From an uncultured Chthoniobacter sp. (GTDB lineage: Bacteria; Verrucomicrobiota; Verrucomicrobiia; Chthoniobacterales; JACTMZ01), in the NCBI GenBank assembly GCA_964609925.1, contig CAZSUJ010000003.1, positions 21,043-85,042 on the forward strand: 64,000 nucleotides of DNA. The letters run 5' to 3'. The position numbers and the translations under genes were made by a program. The notes beneath the pieces were generated by a model that was not told the origin of the DNA, ran no database searches, and was given only the letters and a program-made list of their open reading frames with translations. Positions within the stretch are counted from its first letter, which is position 1; the number at the start of each line of letters is the position of its first letter. Below, in pieces: positions 42,549 through 51,860 of this stretch.

Positions 42549-44090
42549 ATGTCTATTGGCCTGACAATGGCCCACTCCGAAACCCCTTCCGTCGCGAAAC
42601 CCGGCTTGGCCGACGGTCCTGCCACCCCGCTCGAGTCCCCGCATCTGCGCGACCACGACTACGCACTTTCGGAGGCGCGCTGGATGCTGGACCTCGTCCG
42701 CAAGCCGACTGAGGAGGTCTCCCTCGAGGCGCGGCAGAAGATTTCCGAGCAGACCGTCGAGAACTTCGCCCACCACATCAATGCGGGGTTCCTGGAGCAC
42801 CGCAAGTCGGCCACGCTGGGCGGCGAGTTCGCCTTCACCGAGTGGGAGGGGCAGGGGTCGCTCATCCGCGACGCGCTCGGGCGCGAGTTCATCGACATGC
42901 TCGGCGGCTTCGGCCTCTACAGCTACGGCCTGCGCCACCCGAAGATCATCGAGGCAGTCAAGGCCCAGCTCGACCGCTCGCCGCAGTATTCCCAGGAGAT
43001 GCTCGACCCCCTGCGCGCGCAGCTCGGGCGTGTCATCGCACACATCACGCCCGGCGACATCCAGAAGGGATTCTTCGCCAACAGCGGCACCGAGGCGATC
43101 GAGGGCGCGCTGAAGCTCGCGAAGTTCTACACGGGGAAGAAAGGCATCATCTCGATGCAGAAAGGCTTCCATGGGAAAACCCTCGGGTCGCTCTCCGTCA
43201 CCGGGAAAGCCGTGTTTCGCGAGCCCATCCTCCCGCTGCTTGAAGGCGTCCGATTCGTTCCCTACGGCTGCGCCTGCGCCGTGGAGAAGGAACTCGAGGC
43301 GGCGAAGAGCGTGGGCGACGGCATGGCCGCCGTCATCATCGAGCCCGTGCAAGGCGAGGCTGGCGGCATCGTGCCGCCCCCGGACTTCCTGCCGCGGCTG
43401 CGCGCCATCTGCGACTATTACAACGTCCTTCTCATCGTGGACGAGGTCCAGACCGGCTTCGGACGCACGGGAAAGGTTTTCGGCGTGGACCACGCCGGCA
43501 TCACTCCGGACATCATGTGCTTCGGCAAGGCGTTGGGCGGCGGCGTGGTGGCCTGCAGCGCATTCTTCTCCACCGCCAAGATCTGGAGCGTGATGGAGCC
43601 GAATCCGTTCATGCACACCACCACGACCGGCGGCAACCCGATCGCCTGCGCCGCCGCGCTGGCGGCTATCGAGGTCATGTTCGAGGAGGACACGCCGGGG
43701 CAGGCCGCGCGCAAGGGCGACTACATGATGGCCAAGCTCAATGAGATCAAGTCGCGCTACCCCGACATCCTCAAGGACGTCACGGGCCAGGGCCTCCTGA
43801 TCGGGTTGAAGTTCCCGTCCTCGACCGTCGGCTACAAGGTCGCCCAAGGCATGTTCCACCGCCGCGTGCTCACGGCGGGAACCCTGATCAGCGCCGAGAG
43901 CATCCGCATCGAACCGGCGCTCAACGTGCCCATGGAACTGCTCGACGAGACGCTCAATCGTTTCGAAGACACCCTCAAGAGCGTGAAACTCGAACCGGGC
44001 GACGTCCCGCCTGCTCCGGCCCCGCACAGCTTCTCCAAGCCGGAGTGCTACGGGCCCTGCGGCTGGGGGACGAAGTGCCTGGCCAAGTAG
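42549..44090 (+). CDS. patA: Putrescine aminotransferase (class III PLP enzyme)
   Basis: GFLEHRKS, SQEMLDPLRA, NSGTEA, EPVQGEAG, DEVQTG.GRTG, KALGGG, IRIEP resemble E. coli YgjG/PatA. Confidence 0.82.
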   Translation: MSIGLTMAHSETPSVAKPGLADGPATPLESPHLRDHDYALSEARWMLDLVRKPTEEVSLEARQKISEQTVENFAHHINAGFLEHRKSATLGGEFAFTEWEGQGSLIRDALGREFIDMLGGFGLYSYGLRHPKIIEAVKAQLDRSPQYSQEMLDPLRAQLGRVIAHITPGDIQKGFFANSGTEAIEGALKLAKFYTGKKGIISMQKGFHGKTLGSLSVTGKAVFREPILPLLEGVRFVPYGCACAVEKELEAAKSVGDGMAAVIIEPVQGEAGGIVPPPDFLPRLRAICDYYNVLLIVDEVQTGFGRTGKVFGVDHAGITPDIMCFGKALGGGVVACSAFFSTAKIWSVMEPNPFMHTTTTGGNPIACAAALAAIEVMFEEDTPGQAARKGDYMMAKLNEIKSRYPDILKDVTGQGLLIGLKFPSSTVGYKVAQGMFHRRVLTAGTLISAESIRIEPALNVPMELLDETLNRFEDTLKSVKLEPGDVPPAPAPHSFSKPECYGPCGWGTKCLAK

Positions 44091-44143
44091 CGGCGCGCGC
44101 AGGCACCGGGGCGTGGTAGACCGACCGCTCGCGGGCCGGGGTC

Positions 44144-44175
44144 AAAAAAATCGCCGCATCAAACGATGCGGCGAT
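44144..44175 (-). terminator. Intrinsic terminator
   Basis: ATCGCCGCATC-aaac-GATGCGGCGAT 11-bp stem with A7 on the left (U-tract on the minus strand). Confidence 0.85.
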
Positions 44176-44204
44176 CCAAGGGTTCTGCGGCCAGGCCGCC
44201 AGAC

Positions 44205-44711
44205 TCATTTAGCCTTGAACGAGCTGAGGATAGCGATGGCTTCGGCGGCTACCTTCTGATCGGTGTCCGACGACTCATACCACAACTCGGCGATCTCGCT
44301 CGGGCTGGCCAGGACCCAGGCGAAGCCGAAGTTGGTGAGCACTCCGTCTTTGTCTTTGCCACTGCCGGAGGCAGCCAAGGCGTCCTTGCCGTCGATCTTG
44401 GTCTCGTTGGGCTGGGGCAACTCGGCCCCCGGATAGGTTTCCTTCACGTATTCATAGGTTTCCTCGATGGCTTCGCCGAACTTTTCCTCCGTGCCTTCGA
44501 CCGTCTTGAAGTAGAGGACGGTCTCACCCTTGGTCAGCGTGCAGTAAGGATTATCCTCCGAGCCGGCGGCAAACTCCCAATCGTCCGGGGCCGTGACGGT
44601 GAAAACGGGCTTGTCCTCGTTGGGGTAAAAGACGGTGACGTCGGCGGCCGAGACAAGCGAGGTGAGCGCGAGGCCGGCGGCGAGGATGGTCGGGAGGATT
44701 CGGTGGTTCAT
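44205..44711 (-). CDS. Exported acidic protein, possibly PsbP/Mog1-like fold
   Basis: Signal peptide MNHRILPTILAAGLALTSLVSA; FTVTAPDDW near the N-terminus and ILSSFK at the C-terminus. Confidence 0.7.
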   Translation of the reverse strand: MNHRILPTILAAGLALTSLVSAADVTVFYPNEDKPVFTVTAPDDWEFAAGSEDNPYCTLTKGETVLYFKTVEGTEEKFGEAIEETYEYVKETYPGAELPQPNETKIDGKDALAASGSGKDKDGVLTNFGFAWVLASPSEIAELWYESSDTDQKVAAEAIAILSSFKAK

Positions 44712-44808
44712 GGTCTTTTGGGTGAGTGGAGAACAGGCGAGGCTAGGCTTCCGCCCGGCGGGAACAACCCCAAAAAACCGACCATCCGCGATCGCCGGGC
44801 CAGGACGG

Positions 44809-45195
44809 CTACCAGCCTCGTTTGACGACGAATCCACGGGCTTCGAGCAGGGGCTGCAGCCGGTCGGCCTGTTCGCCTTGGATTTCCAGGGCGCGCCCGT
44901 TGATTTTCCCGCCGCTGCCGAGCCTGGTCTTCAAATCATGCAGCAAGTCGCGGAGCTTGCCGTCCGACCAAGCGGAGCTGAAGCCCTCGAGGACGAGGAC
45001 GATTTTCCCTCCGCGCTGGGCGGTCGAGCGGCGGAGCAGCAGGCGTTCCCTGGGCGGTTGCTTCGCCGGATGTTCTGCTCGGGGAACGGTCGGGGGCGGA
45101 TCGGGGAGCGGGCCGAGATCGAGCGCAGCGAAGGGGTTGGCAAAGGCCGCCGGCCCGGCTTCGGTGGGGATTCGCTGTTTGCTTTCCCGCGCCAC
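44809..45195 (-). CDS. Translation initiation factor SUI1/YciH family
   Basis: RGGKIV, LKTRLGSGG, LEIQGE. Confidence 0.85.
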   Translation of the reverse strand: MARESKQRIPTEAGPAAFANPFAALDLGPLPDPPPTVPRAEHPAKQPPRERLLLRRSTAQRGGKIVLVLEGFSSAWSDGKLRDLLHDLKTRLGSGGKINGRALEIQGEQADRLQPLLEARGFVVKRGW

Positions 45196-45199
45196 GATG

Positions 45200-46165
45200 T
45201 CAGCGCAGCCAGCGCTTCTTCTTGATGTAGATGAGCGGCAGGATGGCCGAGAGAAAGGTGAGCAGGATGGTGACGGGGAAGCCCCACTTCCATGACAGCT
45301 CGGGCATGAACGAGAAGTTCATGCCATACATCGTGCCGACGAGGGTGGGGGGCAGGAACACGGCCGTGAGGATGGTGAAGACCTTCACGATTTGGTTCTG
45401 CTGCATGTTGAGGATGCCCATCGAGGCCTGCTGGAGGTAGCGGACCTTGTCGTGCTCGAAGGCGAGGTGGTCCTTGATGCCCTGGACGTCCGCCGCGAGT
45501 TCATTCACTCGGGCCTGCAGTTCCGCCTCGGTGAAGCCGTCCACCTCGGCGTTGAAGTAGCGGACGACGCGGGCCAGTTGCAGGACGCTCTCGCCGCTCT
45601 GGGAGATGAAGTCCTCGTAGCGCGAGAGTTCGGCCAGCAACTCGCTGATCTCGGTCATGGTGCCGGTCTTCCCGGTGCCGAGTTCGGTGGGCATCTCGGC
45701 GATGTCCTTCGACAACTGCTCGAGGTCGGTGCCGACGGCCTCGACGCGGTCGGCCACCGTCTCGCTGAGGGCGAAGAGCAGCCCCCACAGGATTTTCTGC
45801 GGGCTGCCGTAGAGGTGCGACTTGCGCCGGATGCGCTGGGCGAAGATGGCCACCGGCATGAGCTCGATGTCGTGCAGCGTGACCACGCATTCGTCGTGCA
45901 GGATGAAGGTGAGCTTGTTGACGCGCGTGGCGTTCTCCTCGTCCTTGCTCACCAGCCCCATCGTCATGAAGAGCGTGTCGTCCTCGTGGTAGATGGTCGG
46001 ATGCTGGAGGGTCAGTTCGATGTCGAGGGCGCCGCGGACGATTTCCTTCTCCTCGGGGGTCGGGCGCAGGACATCGAGCCAGACGGCGCCGCGCACCTCT
46101 TCCACCGTCTGCACCTCGCGGGTGAAACGGAACGAGTCGCCGTCCTTGAAGAACGCCGTGATCAT
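45200..46165 (-). CDS. corA: CorA-family Mg2+/Co2+ transporter
   Basis: VWLDV..PT.EE, NQIVKVFT, PPTLVGTMYGMNF..MPEL.W..G. Confidence 0.92.
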   Translation of the reverse strand: MITAFFKDGDSFRFTREVQTVEEVRGAVWLDVLRPTPEEKEIVRGALDIELTLQHPTIYHEDDTLFMTMGLVSKDEENATRVNKLTFILHDECVVTLHDIELMPVAIFAQRIRRKSHLYGSPQKILWGLLFALSETVADRVEAVGTDLEQLSKDIAEMPTELGTGKTGTMTEISELLAELSRYEDFISQSGESVLQLARVVRYFNAEVDGFTEAELQARVNELAADVQGIKDHLAFEHDKVRYLQQASMGILNMQQNQIVKVFTILTAVFLPPTLVGTMYGMNFSFMPELSWKWGFPVTILLTFLSAILPLIYIKKKRWLR

Positions 46166-46401
46166 GGCCGCGGCTCGTCCCCTTCGGGCCGCGTGCTGTG
46201 CGGGGCGCCGCCCGGCACGCCGTAGCGTTCGGCGTGGCTCGGCGAGGGGGAAGAACTGCGCGTCTCGGTGCCCTCGGGCTGCAGGTGGTGGATGAGGAGC
46301 AGCACGCCAGCGATGAAGACGTAGAGGCCGATGACCGCCCAGATCACCTCGGTCTCCAAGGCGTGTTCCTTCTTCTTCGGGGCTTTTTGCGCGTCGGGCA
46401 T
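46162..46401 (-). CDS. Small single-pass membrane protein coupled to corA
   Basis: 79 aa with TM VIWAVIGLYVFIAGVLLLI; ATGA overlap with the corA start. Confidence 0.65.
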   Translation of the reverse strand: MPDAQKAPKKKEHALETEVIWAVIGLYVFIAGVLLLIHHLQPEGTETRSSSPSPSHAERYGVPGGAPHSTRPEGDEPRP

Positions 46402-46469
46402 GAGAGGCCGTCCGGGGGGACGACTGACCAAAGCATGAATGCGCGGAGGGCGGGAGGAAAAAATGGCGC

Positions 46470-46500
46470 AAAAAAAGGGCGTCCCTCGCGGGACGCCCTT
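46470..46500 (-). terminator. Intrinsic terminator of pnp
   Basis: AAGGGCGTCCC-tcgc-GGGACGCCCTT stem with an A-tract on the left. Confidence 0.9.
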
Positions 46501-46521
46501 GTGATTGTGCGATGCGTCAGC

Positions 46522-48657
46522 TCAAGCGCCGGCCGGGACCGCGTCCTGATCGCGTTCCTTCATCGCGGCCTTGCGGCTGAGTTTGACCCGGCCCTTGTCG
46601 TCCACGCCGATGCACTTGACCCAGATGGCGTCGCCGACCTTGACGACGTCCTCGACGCGGTTGACGCGGAAGTCCGCGAGTTCCGAGACGTGGACGAGGC
46701 CGTCCTTGCCGGGCATGACTTCGACGAAGCAGCCGAACTCCTTGATCGTCACGACGGTGCCCTGGTAGAGCTCGCCGACTTCGATCTCCTTGGTCATGCC
46801 GGAGATGATCTCCTTGGCGCGGCGCAGGCTGTCGCCGTTGCTGGAGTAGATGTGGACCGAGCCGTCGTCCTCGATGTTGATCTCGGCTCCGGTCTCCGCG
46901 ACGATGCCCTTGATCGTCTTGCCGCCGGGGCCGATGAGGAGGCCGATCTTGTCCACGGGGATCTTGAGCGTCTCGATGCGCGGGGCGTATTGGCTCATCT
47001 CGGTGCGCGGCGCCTCGAGGGCCGCGGTCATGACGCCGAGGATCTTGGCGCGGGCCTCGGTGGCCTCGTCGATGGCGGCCTTGAGGATGTCGAGCGAGAG
47101 ACCGGGCAGCTTGAGGTCGAGTTGGAAGCCCGTGACGCCCTTGCTGGTGCCGCAGAGCTTGAAGTCCATGTCGCCGAAGTGGTCCTCGGAGCCGAGGATG
47201 TCGGTGAGCGTGGTGTGGCGCTTGAGGGCGCCGCTTTCATCGAACTCGGTGACAAGGCCCACGGAGATGCCGGCCACGGGGCGGCGGATGGGAACGCCGG
47301 CGTCCATGAGCGCGAGCACGCCCGAGCAGACGCTGGCCATGGAGGTGGAGCCGTTCGACTCCATGACCTCGCTGGTCACGCGGATGGCGTAGGGGAACTC
47401 GTTCTCCGGCGGGATGACCGGGCGCACCGAGCGCTCGGCGAGCGCGCCGTGGCCGATCTCGCGGCGGTTCATGCCGCCGAAGCGGCCGGTCTCGCCGACG
47501 CTGAACGGCGGGAAGTTGTAGTGCAGGATGAAGCGCTTGGTCGGTTCTCCGCCCGCGTAGGTGTCGAGGCTCTGGGCCTCGTCGGCCGGGGCGAGGGTGG
47601 CGAGGGCCATGGCCTGGGTCTCGCCGCGTTGGAACAGGGCGGAGCCGTGCGCGCGCGGGAGCATCCCGACTTCGGCCTCGAGTTTGCGCAGGTCGTGGAG
47701 ACCGCGGCCGTCGCAGCGTTCCTTGCGGTCGAGGATGCTGATGCGGAAGGCTTTCTTCTGCAGGTAGTCGAAGGCCTGCCCGATGGCGAACGGCGTGGCG
47801 TCGGCGTGCTTGGCGAGGATCGCCGCCTCGACTTCCTTGCGGAGGGCGTCCACCGCCTTGGCGCGGTTGACCTTGCCGCTCGTGTAGAGCGCGGCTTCGA
47901 TGCGGTCGCCCGCGACGGCGTAGGCGATTTCCAGAAGCGAGTCGTCCACCTTGAGCGGCGCGTAGTCGCGCTTCGGCTTGCCGCACTTGGCGGCCAGCTC
48001 GCGCTGCATGGCGATGAGTTGGCGCACGGGTTCCTGCGCGAAGTCGAGGGCTGCCTTGAAGTCGGCCTCCGGGAGTTCGTCGGCTGCGCCTTCGATCATG
48101 ATGACTTCGTTCTCCTTGCCCACGTAGACGAGGTCGAGGTCGCTCTGCTCACGCTGTTCGTGGGTCGGGTTGACGACGAATTCGCCGCCGATGCGGCCGA
48201 TGCGCACCGCGCCGACCGGTCCGCTGAACGGGATGTCGGAGACGGCCAGGGCGGCCGAGGCGCCGTTGATGCTGAGGATGTCGGGATCGTTCTCGCCGTC
48301 CGCGCTCAGCAGGAGGCTGATGATCTGGGTTTCGAAGAAGTAGTCCTTCGGGAAAAGCGGGCGCAGGGGACGGTCGGTCATGCGCGCCGTGAGGGTTTCC
48401 TTCTCGGTGGGACGGCCTTCGCGCTTGAAGTAGCCGCCGGGGAACTTGCCCGCTGCGGCCGCCTTTTCCTTGTAGTCAACGGTGAGCGGGAAGAAGTCCT
48501 GCCCGTCGCGCAACTTCGTGGCGGAGACGGCGCTGACAAGGATGATGGTTTCGCCGCAGCGGACCATGACGGCGCCGTCGGCTAGTTTGGCGATTTTGCC
48601 GGATTCGATGGTGATCTCCGAGTGGCCGATGCGGCCGGAGATGATGGTGTGTGACAT
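46522..48657 (-). CDS. pnp: Polyribonucleotide nucleotidyltransferase
   Basis: [33 protein letters not shown] and S1 domains. Confidence 0.98.
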   Translation of the reverse strand: MSHTIISGRIGHSEITIESGKIAKLADGAVMVRCGETIILVSAVSATKLRDGQDFFPLTVDYKEKAAAAGKFPGGYFKREGRPTEKETLTARMTDRPLRPLFPKDYFFETQIISLLLSADGENDPDILSINGASAALAVSDIPFSGPVGAVRIGRIGGEFVVNPTHEQREQSDLDLVYVGKENEVIMIEGAADELPEADFKAALDFAQEPVRQLIAMQRELAAKCGKPKRDYAPLKVDDSLLEIAYAVAGDRIEAALYTSGKVNRAKAVDALRKEVEAAILAKHADATPFAIGQAFDYLQKKAFRISILDRKERCDGRGLHDLRKLEAEVGMLPRAHGSALFQRGETQAMALATLAPADEAQSLDTYAGGEPTKRFILHYNFPPFSVGETGRFGGMNRREIGHGALAERSVRPVIPPENEFPYAIRVTSEVMESNGSTSMASVCSGVLALMDAGVPIRRPVAGISVGLVTEFDESGALKRHTTLTDILGSEDHFGDMDFKLCGTSKGVTGFQLDLKLPGLSLDILKAAIDEATEARAKILGVMTAALEAPRTEMSQYAPRIETLKIPVDKIGLLIGPGGKTIKGIVAETGAEINIEDDGSVHIYSSNGDSLRRAKEIISGMTKEIEVGELYQGTVVTIKEFGCFVEVMPGKDGLVHVSELADFRVNRVEDVVKVGDAIWVKCIGVDDKGRVKLSRKAAMKERDQDAVPAGA

Positions 48658-48684
48658 GTGGGTTGGTTACGGGTTGTTGGTTGG

Positions 48685-48788
48685 TCGAACCGTCAGCCCC
48701 GCATCATCCCAAAGCACAGGATGCAAGGCTCCACGCGGGGAGACCTGGATCCCAGGCTGCGGTATGAAGGCGGGGTCGGACGTTTCGA
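48685..48788 (-). promoter_or_regulatory. Long stem-loop in the pnp 5' leader
   Basis: Arm 48685-48707 (tcgaaccgtcagccccgcatcat) is nearly complementary to arm 48764-48788 (atgaaggcggggtcggacgtttcga). Confidence 0.6.
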
Positions 48789-48797
48789 TGATTCTGC

Positions 48798-48824
48798 AAA
48801 AAACCGCCGCGAGCGCGGCGGTTT
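48798..48824 (-). terminator. Intrinsic terminator after rpsO
   Basis: AAACCGCCGC-gagc-GCGGCGGTTT with an A-tract on the left. Confidence 0.85.
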
Positions 48825-48827
48825 GGT

Positions 48828-49079
48828 TCACTTGCGAAGATTTAGGCTCTCGATGAGCTTGCCGTAGCGCTCGGTCGCGGTGTCCTTCAAGTAGTCAAGC
48901 AGGCTGCGGCGGCGGGCGACCATCTTCAGGAGGCCGCGGCGGGACGAATGGTCCTTCGCGTTGCCCTTGAGGTGCTCGGTCAGCATGTTGATGCGCTCGG
49001 TGAGGCGTGCGATCTGCACGTCCGCGCTTCCGGTGTCTTTGTCATGCAGCGCCACGCTGCTCACGGCGTCCTTGGTCAT
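48828..49079 (-). CDS. rpsO: 30S ribosomal protein S15
   Basis: [19 protein letters not shown]....KDHSSRRGL; TTGCCT-N16-TATCCT upstream. Confidence 0.98.
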   Translation of the reverse strand: MTKDAVSSVALHDKDTGSADVQIARLTERINMLTEHLKGNAKDHSSRRGLLKMVARRRSLLDYLKDTATERYGKLIESLNLRK

Positions 49080-49251
49080 AAAATTCGAGTGGCCGAGTAG
49101 GATAGCCGGGGATTCCGGCGAGGCAAGCGGCAAATGTGTCCGTCATTGCCCCGGCAAGACGTGACAGTTATCGTGCCCTCACGCCACTCGCGTCGGGCAG
49201 CCGGGCTGCTGATCCAAGGAGACGCGGACGGGCTGTCTCCTGAAGAATTCC

Positions 49252-50337
49252 ATGACGACCAACCCCATCAGCGCTTCGGCGCCCGGCCGCGCCGAATGGC
49301 TCGGCAACCACACGGACTACAATCTCGGGCTCGTGCTCGGCCTCGGGCTCGATGTGGGGACCACGGTCTCGGGGACACGCCGCCCGGATCGTTTGCTCGG
49401 ACTGCATGCGGCCGACCTCGGCGAGCGGTGCGAGGTGCACCTCGACGACCTCCGGCCGCAGGCCGCGGGTTCGTGGGCGAACTATGTGGTCGGGGTGGCG
49501 GCAGGTTTCCTCGAGCGCGGAGCACCGGCTTCGGGACTCGACCTCGTGGTGCGCAGCACGGTGCCGATGGGCGCCGGCTTGAGCAGCAGTGCGGCCTTGG
49601 AGTGCGCGACGGCGCGTGTGCTGCAGGAAGCCTGGGGGACGGACTTTGACGACCTCACGCTCGCGCGCATCGGCCAGGAGGCGGAGCACCGGTTCGCGGG
49701 AGTGCGTTGCGGGCTGCTCGATCAGGTGACCTCTCTCTTCTCGCGGTCCGGCCACGCGGTGTTCTTCGACTGCCGCTCCCTCGAGATCGAGCGCATCCCG
49801 GTGCCCGAGGCCGCACGTTTTGTCATCGTGCAGAGCGGGGTCAAACATGCGCTTTCGGACGGCGTTTACAACACCCGACGGGCCGAATGCGAGCAGGCGG
49901 CCGCGTCTCTCGGTGTGGCGTCGTTGCGCGACGCGACCGCGGAGATGATCGACGCCGCCGCGTCGGCGGGGCGCCTCGCCGGTGCGCCCCTCCAGCGCGC
50001 CCGGCACATCACGGGCGAGAACGCGCGGGTCGCCGCGGCCGTGTCGGCCCTGCGCGCCGGCGACCTTCCGGCGGTGGGGGCGTTGATGGATGCCTCGCAC
50101 GAAAGCTCGCGCGTCCTGTTCGAAAACTCCTGCGTGGAGTTGGATCATCTTTCCTCCGTGGCCCGTTCCATCGGGGGTTGCCTCGGGGCGAGGCTGACCG
50201 GTGGCGGATTCGGTGGTGCGATCCTCGCGTTGGTCGTCGAAGAGAATGTCCCCGGGTTCACGGCCGAGATGCAGTCGCGCATCGAGGCCGATTGGGGGCG
50301 TCGTCCGCCCTTTCTCGTCACGCGCGCGGCCGGGTGA
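49252..50337 (+). CDS. galK: Galactokinase (GHMP kinase)
   Basis: APGR...G.HTDYN, PMGAGLSSSAA, CGLLDQ, YNTRRAEC, GARLTGGGFGG. Confidence 0.88.
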   Translation: MTTNPISASAPGRAEWLGNHTDYNLGLVLGLGLDVGTTVSGTRRPDRLLGLHAADLGERCEVHLDDLRPQAAGSWANYVVGVAAGFLERGAPASGLDLVVRSTVPMGAGLSSSAALECATARVLQEAWGTDFDDLTLARIGQEAEHRFAGVRCGLLDQVTSLFSRSGHAVFFDCRSLEIERIPVPEAARFVIVQSGVKHALSDGVYNTRRAECEQAAASLGVASLRDATAEMIDAAASAGRLAGAPLQRARHITGENARVAAAVSALRAGDLPAVGALMDASHESSRVLFENSCVELDHLSSVARSIGGCLGARLTGGGFGGAILALVVEENVPGFTAEMQSRIEADWGRRPPFLVTRAAG

Positions 50338-51022
50338 GGCGATCGAGTATTCGTCCGAGCAGTTCGTGCATCGCGTCGAAGGTCGCGGCGGGTGCGGAAA
50401 GGATGCGGTCGGCAGACTGCACGAATGGTGCGGGCCGGAGATCCTCCGGGCAGGAGGCGACGAGCGCGGTAACCGACTCCGGCGTGGCCTCGGGATGGAA
50501 CTGGAGTCCGATGACTGCGCGGCCGACCTGAAACGCCTGGTTGCGGCAAGCGTCGCTTTCGGCGAGACGCACCGCGCCGGCGGGCAGATCGAAAGTCTCG
50601 CCGTGCCAGTGGAACACCTCGAGCGGGGAGGGGATTCCGAGCGCGTCCGCCCCCGCATCCGCGGTTCCTCGCACCGGATGCCATCCCACTTCGCGGCCCG
50701 CCGGGTTCGCGTAAACCCGCGCCCCGAGGGCGCTGGCGATCAACTGCGCTCCGAGGCAGACGCCGAGAACCGCGCGGTCGGCCGCGATGGCCGCCCGCAG
50801 GAACTGCTTCTCGGCGGCGAGCCATGGCAGGCGGTCCTCGTCATTCACGCTCATGCCGCCGCCCATGAAGATGAAGAGGTCGGCGCTGTCCGGCGCGGGC
50901 AGCGCCGCGCCTTCGTGCATCATGGAGCCTTCGACTGCCCAGCCGCGCTCGCGCAGCCAGTCGGCGATGCGGCCGGGTCCCTCGAACTCCTCGTGCTGGA
51001 AGAAACGCGCGCGGCGGGCCAC
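50318..51022 (-). CDS. Type 1 glutamine amidotransferase-like protein
   Basis: HEEFEGPG, MGGGMSV, GVCLGAQ, WHGETF, LQFHPE. Confidence 0.9.
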   Translation of the reverse strand: MARRARFFQHEEFEGPGRIADWLRERGWAVEGSMMHEGAALPAPDSADLFIFMGGGMSVNDEDRLPWLAAEKQFLRAAIAADRAVLGVCLGAQLIASALGARVYANPAGREVGWHPVRGTADAGADALGIPSPLEVFHWHGETFDLPAGAVRLAESDACRNQAFQVGRAVIGLQFHPEATPESVTALVASCPEDLRPAPFVQSADRILSAPAATFDAMHELLGRILDRLTRPRA

Positions 51023-51023
51023 C

Positions 51024-51734
51024 TCAGTCCGTCATCACGAGCGCGTTCACGTCGTTGGAAGTGCGGAAGAAATTCCAATAGACGGTGAACTTGCCCTCCA
51101 CCACCGCGGTGGCCGAAGCGTAGGCGCCTTCGAGTGCCTTGTGCGCGTGGCGACTCGCCGCTCCGAGTCCGTGCCGCGCGTGCTCGATCAGGCTGAAAGG
51201 ATTGCCGTTCGTTGCCGGCATCGTGCTGGCTGAACCGAGGGAGAGGGGAACGATGCGGCCGGGGCGGCGCAAGGCGATCTGCAGGTCGCGCACCGCGCCG
51301 ATGATGCTCCCGGCCACATGACGTGAACCGTCGGCCGGCGTGGTGGGGAGCAGGGCGATGAAAACATCATCCTCGGTGCGGAAGGTTCCGTCGCGCGGCC
51401 GGATGCAGAAAGTGCGGAGCGCGGCCGCGACGGCATGGCGGCACAAGTCGAGGCTCTCCGCGGGTGTGTTGGCGTCCGGTCCGCTGAATGGATCGGCCCG
51501 CATGAACATCAACGTGAGCGGGACATTCTGCTCGGCGCACCGAAGCCACTCCCAGCGCAGGGCGTGCTCCATTTCCTTGTCCCCGCCCAGGCTGCCGAGA
51601 GCGCCCTCGAAGAGGAGGCTGCCAAGTTGGTGCAGGTCGGCCACTCCGGGCGAGCGCATGGGCCGCATCACATCGAGCGCCTGATCTTCCGCGGATGTTC
51701 CGCGAGCCTCCGCCGGGAGCAGCGTTGTTTCCAT
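51024..51734 (-). CDS. Degenerate GGDEF-domain protein with intact RxxD I-site
   Basis: EW.RC....PLTLMF...D, RPRD-GTFRT-EDDVF-IALLP (RxxD-x5-GGDEF register), LSLGSA. Confidence 0.7.
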   Translation of the reverse strand: METTLLPAEARGTSAEDQALDVMRPMRSPGVADLHQLGSLLFEGALGSLGGDKEMEHALRWEWLRCAEQNVPLTLMFMRADPFSGPDANTPAESLDLCRHAVAAALRTFCIRPRDGTFRTEDDVFIALLPTTPADGSRHVAGSIIGAVRDLQIALRRPGRIVPLSLGSASTMPATNGNPFSLIEHARHGLGAASRHAHKALEGAYASATAVVEGKFTVYWNFFRTSNDVNALVMTD

Positions 51735-51860
51735 GGCGGTTGTGTCTAGCACGACATCGGGCCGGCGGGAATGCGGAAATATGGGCTGCGTTTTGGTTTT
51801 TGACGAAAGTGGGCATCTCGGGCAACATCCCGCCTCGTCCTCAAATTCCCGGGTCCGATC

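Noticed and set aside
44087-44110. GTAGCGGCG at the patA stop as another REP copy
   Set aside because: It is only a 9-nt match that includes the stop codon, with no palindrome following.
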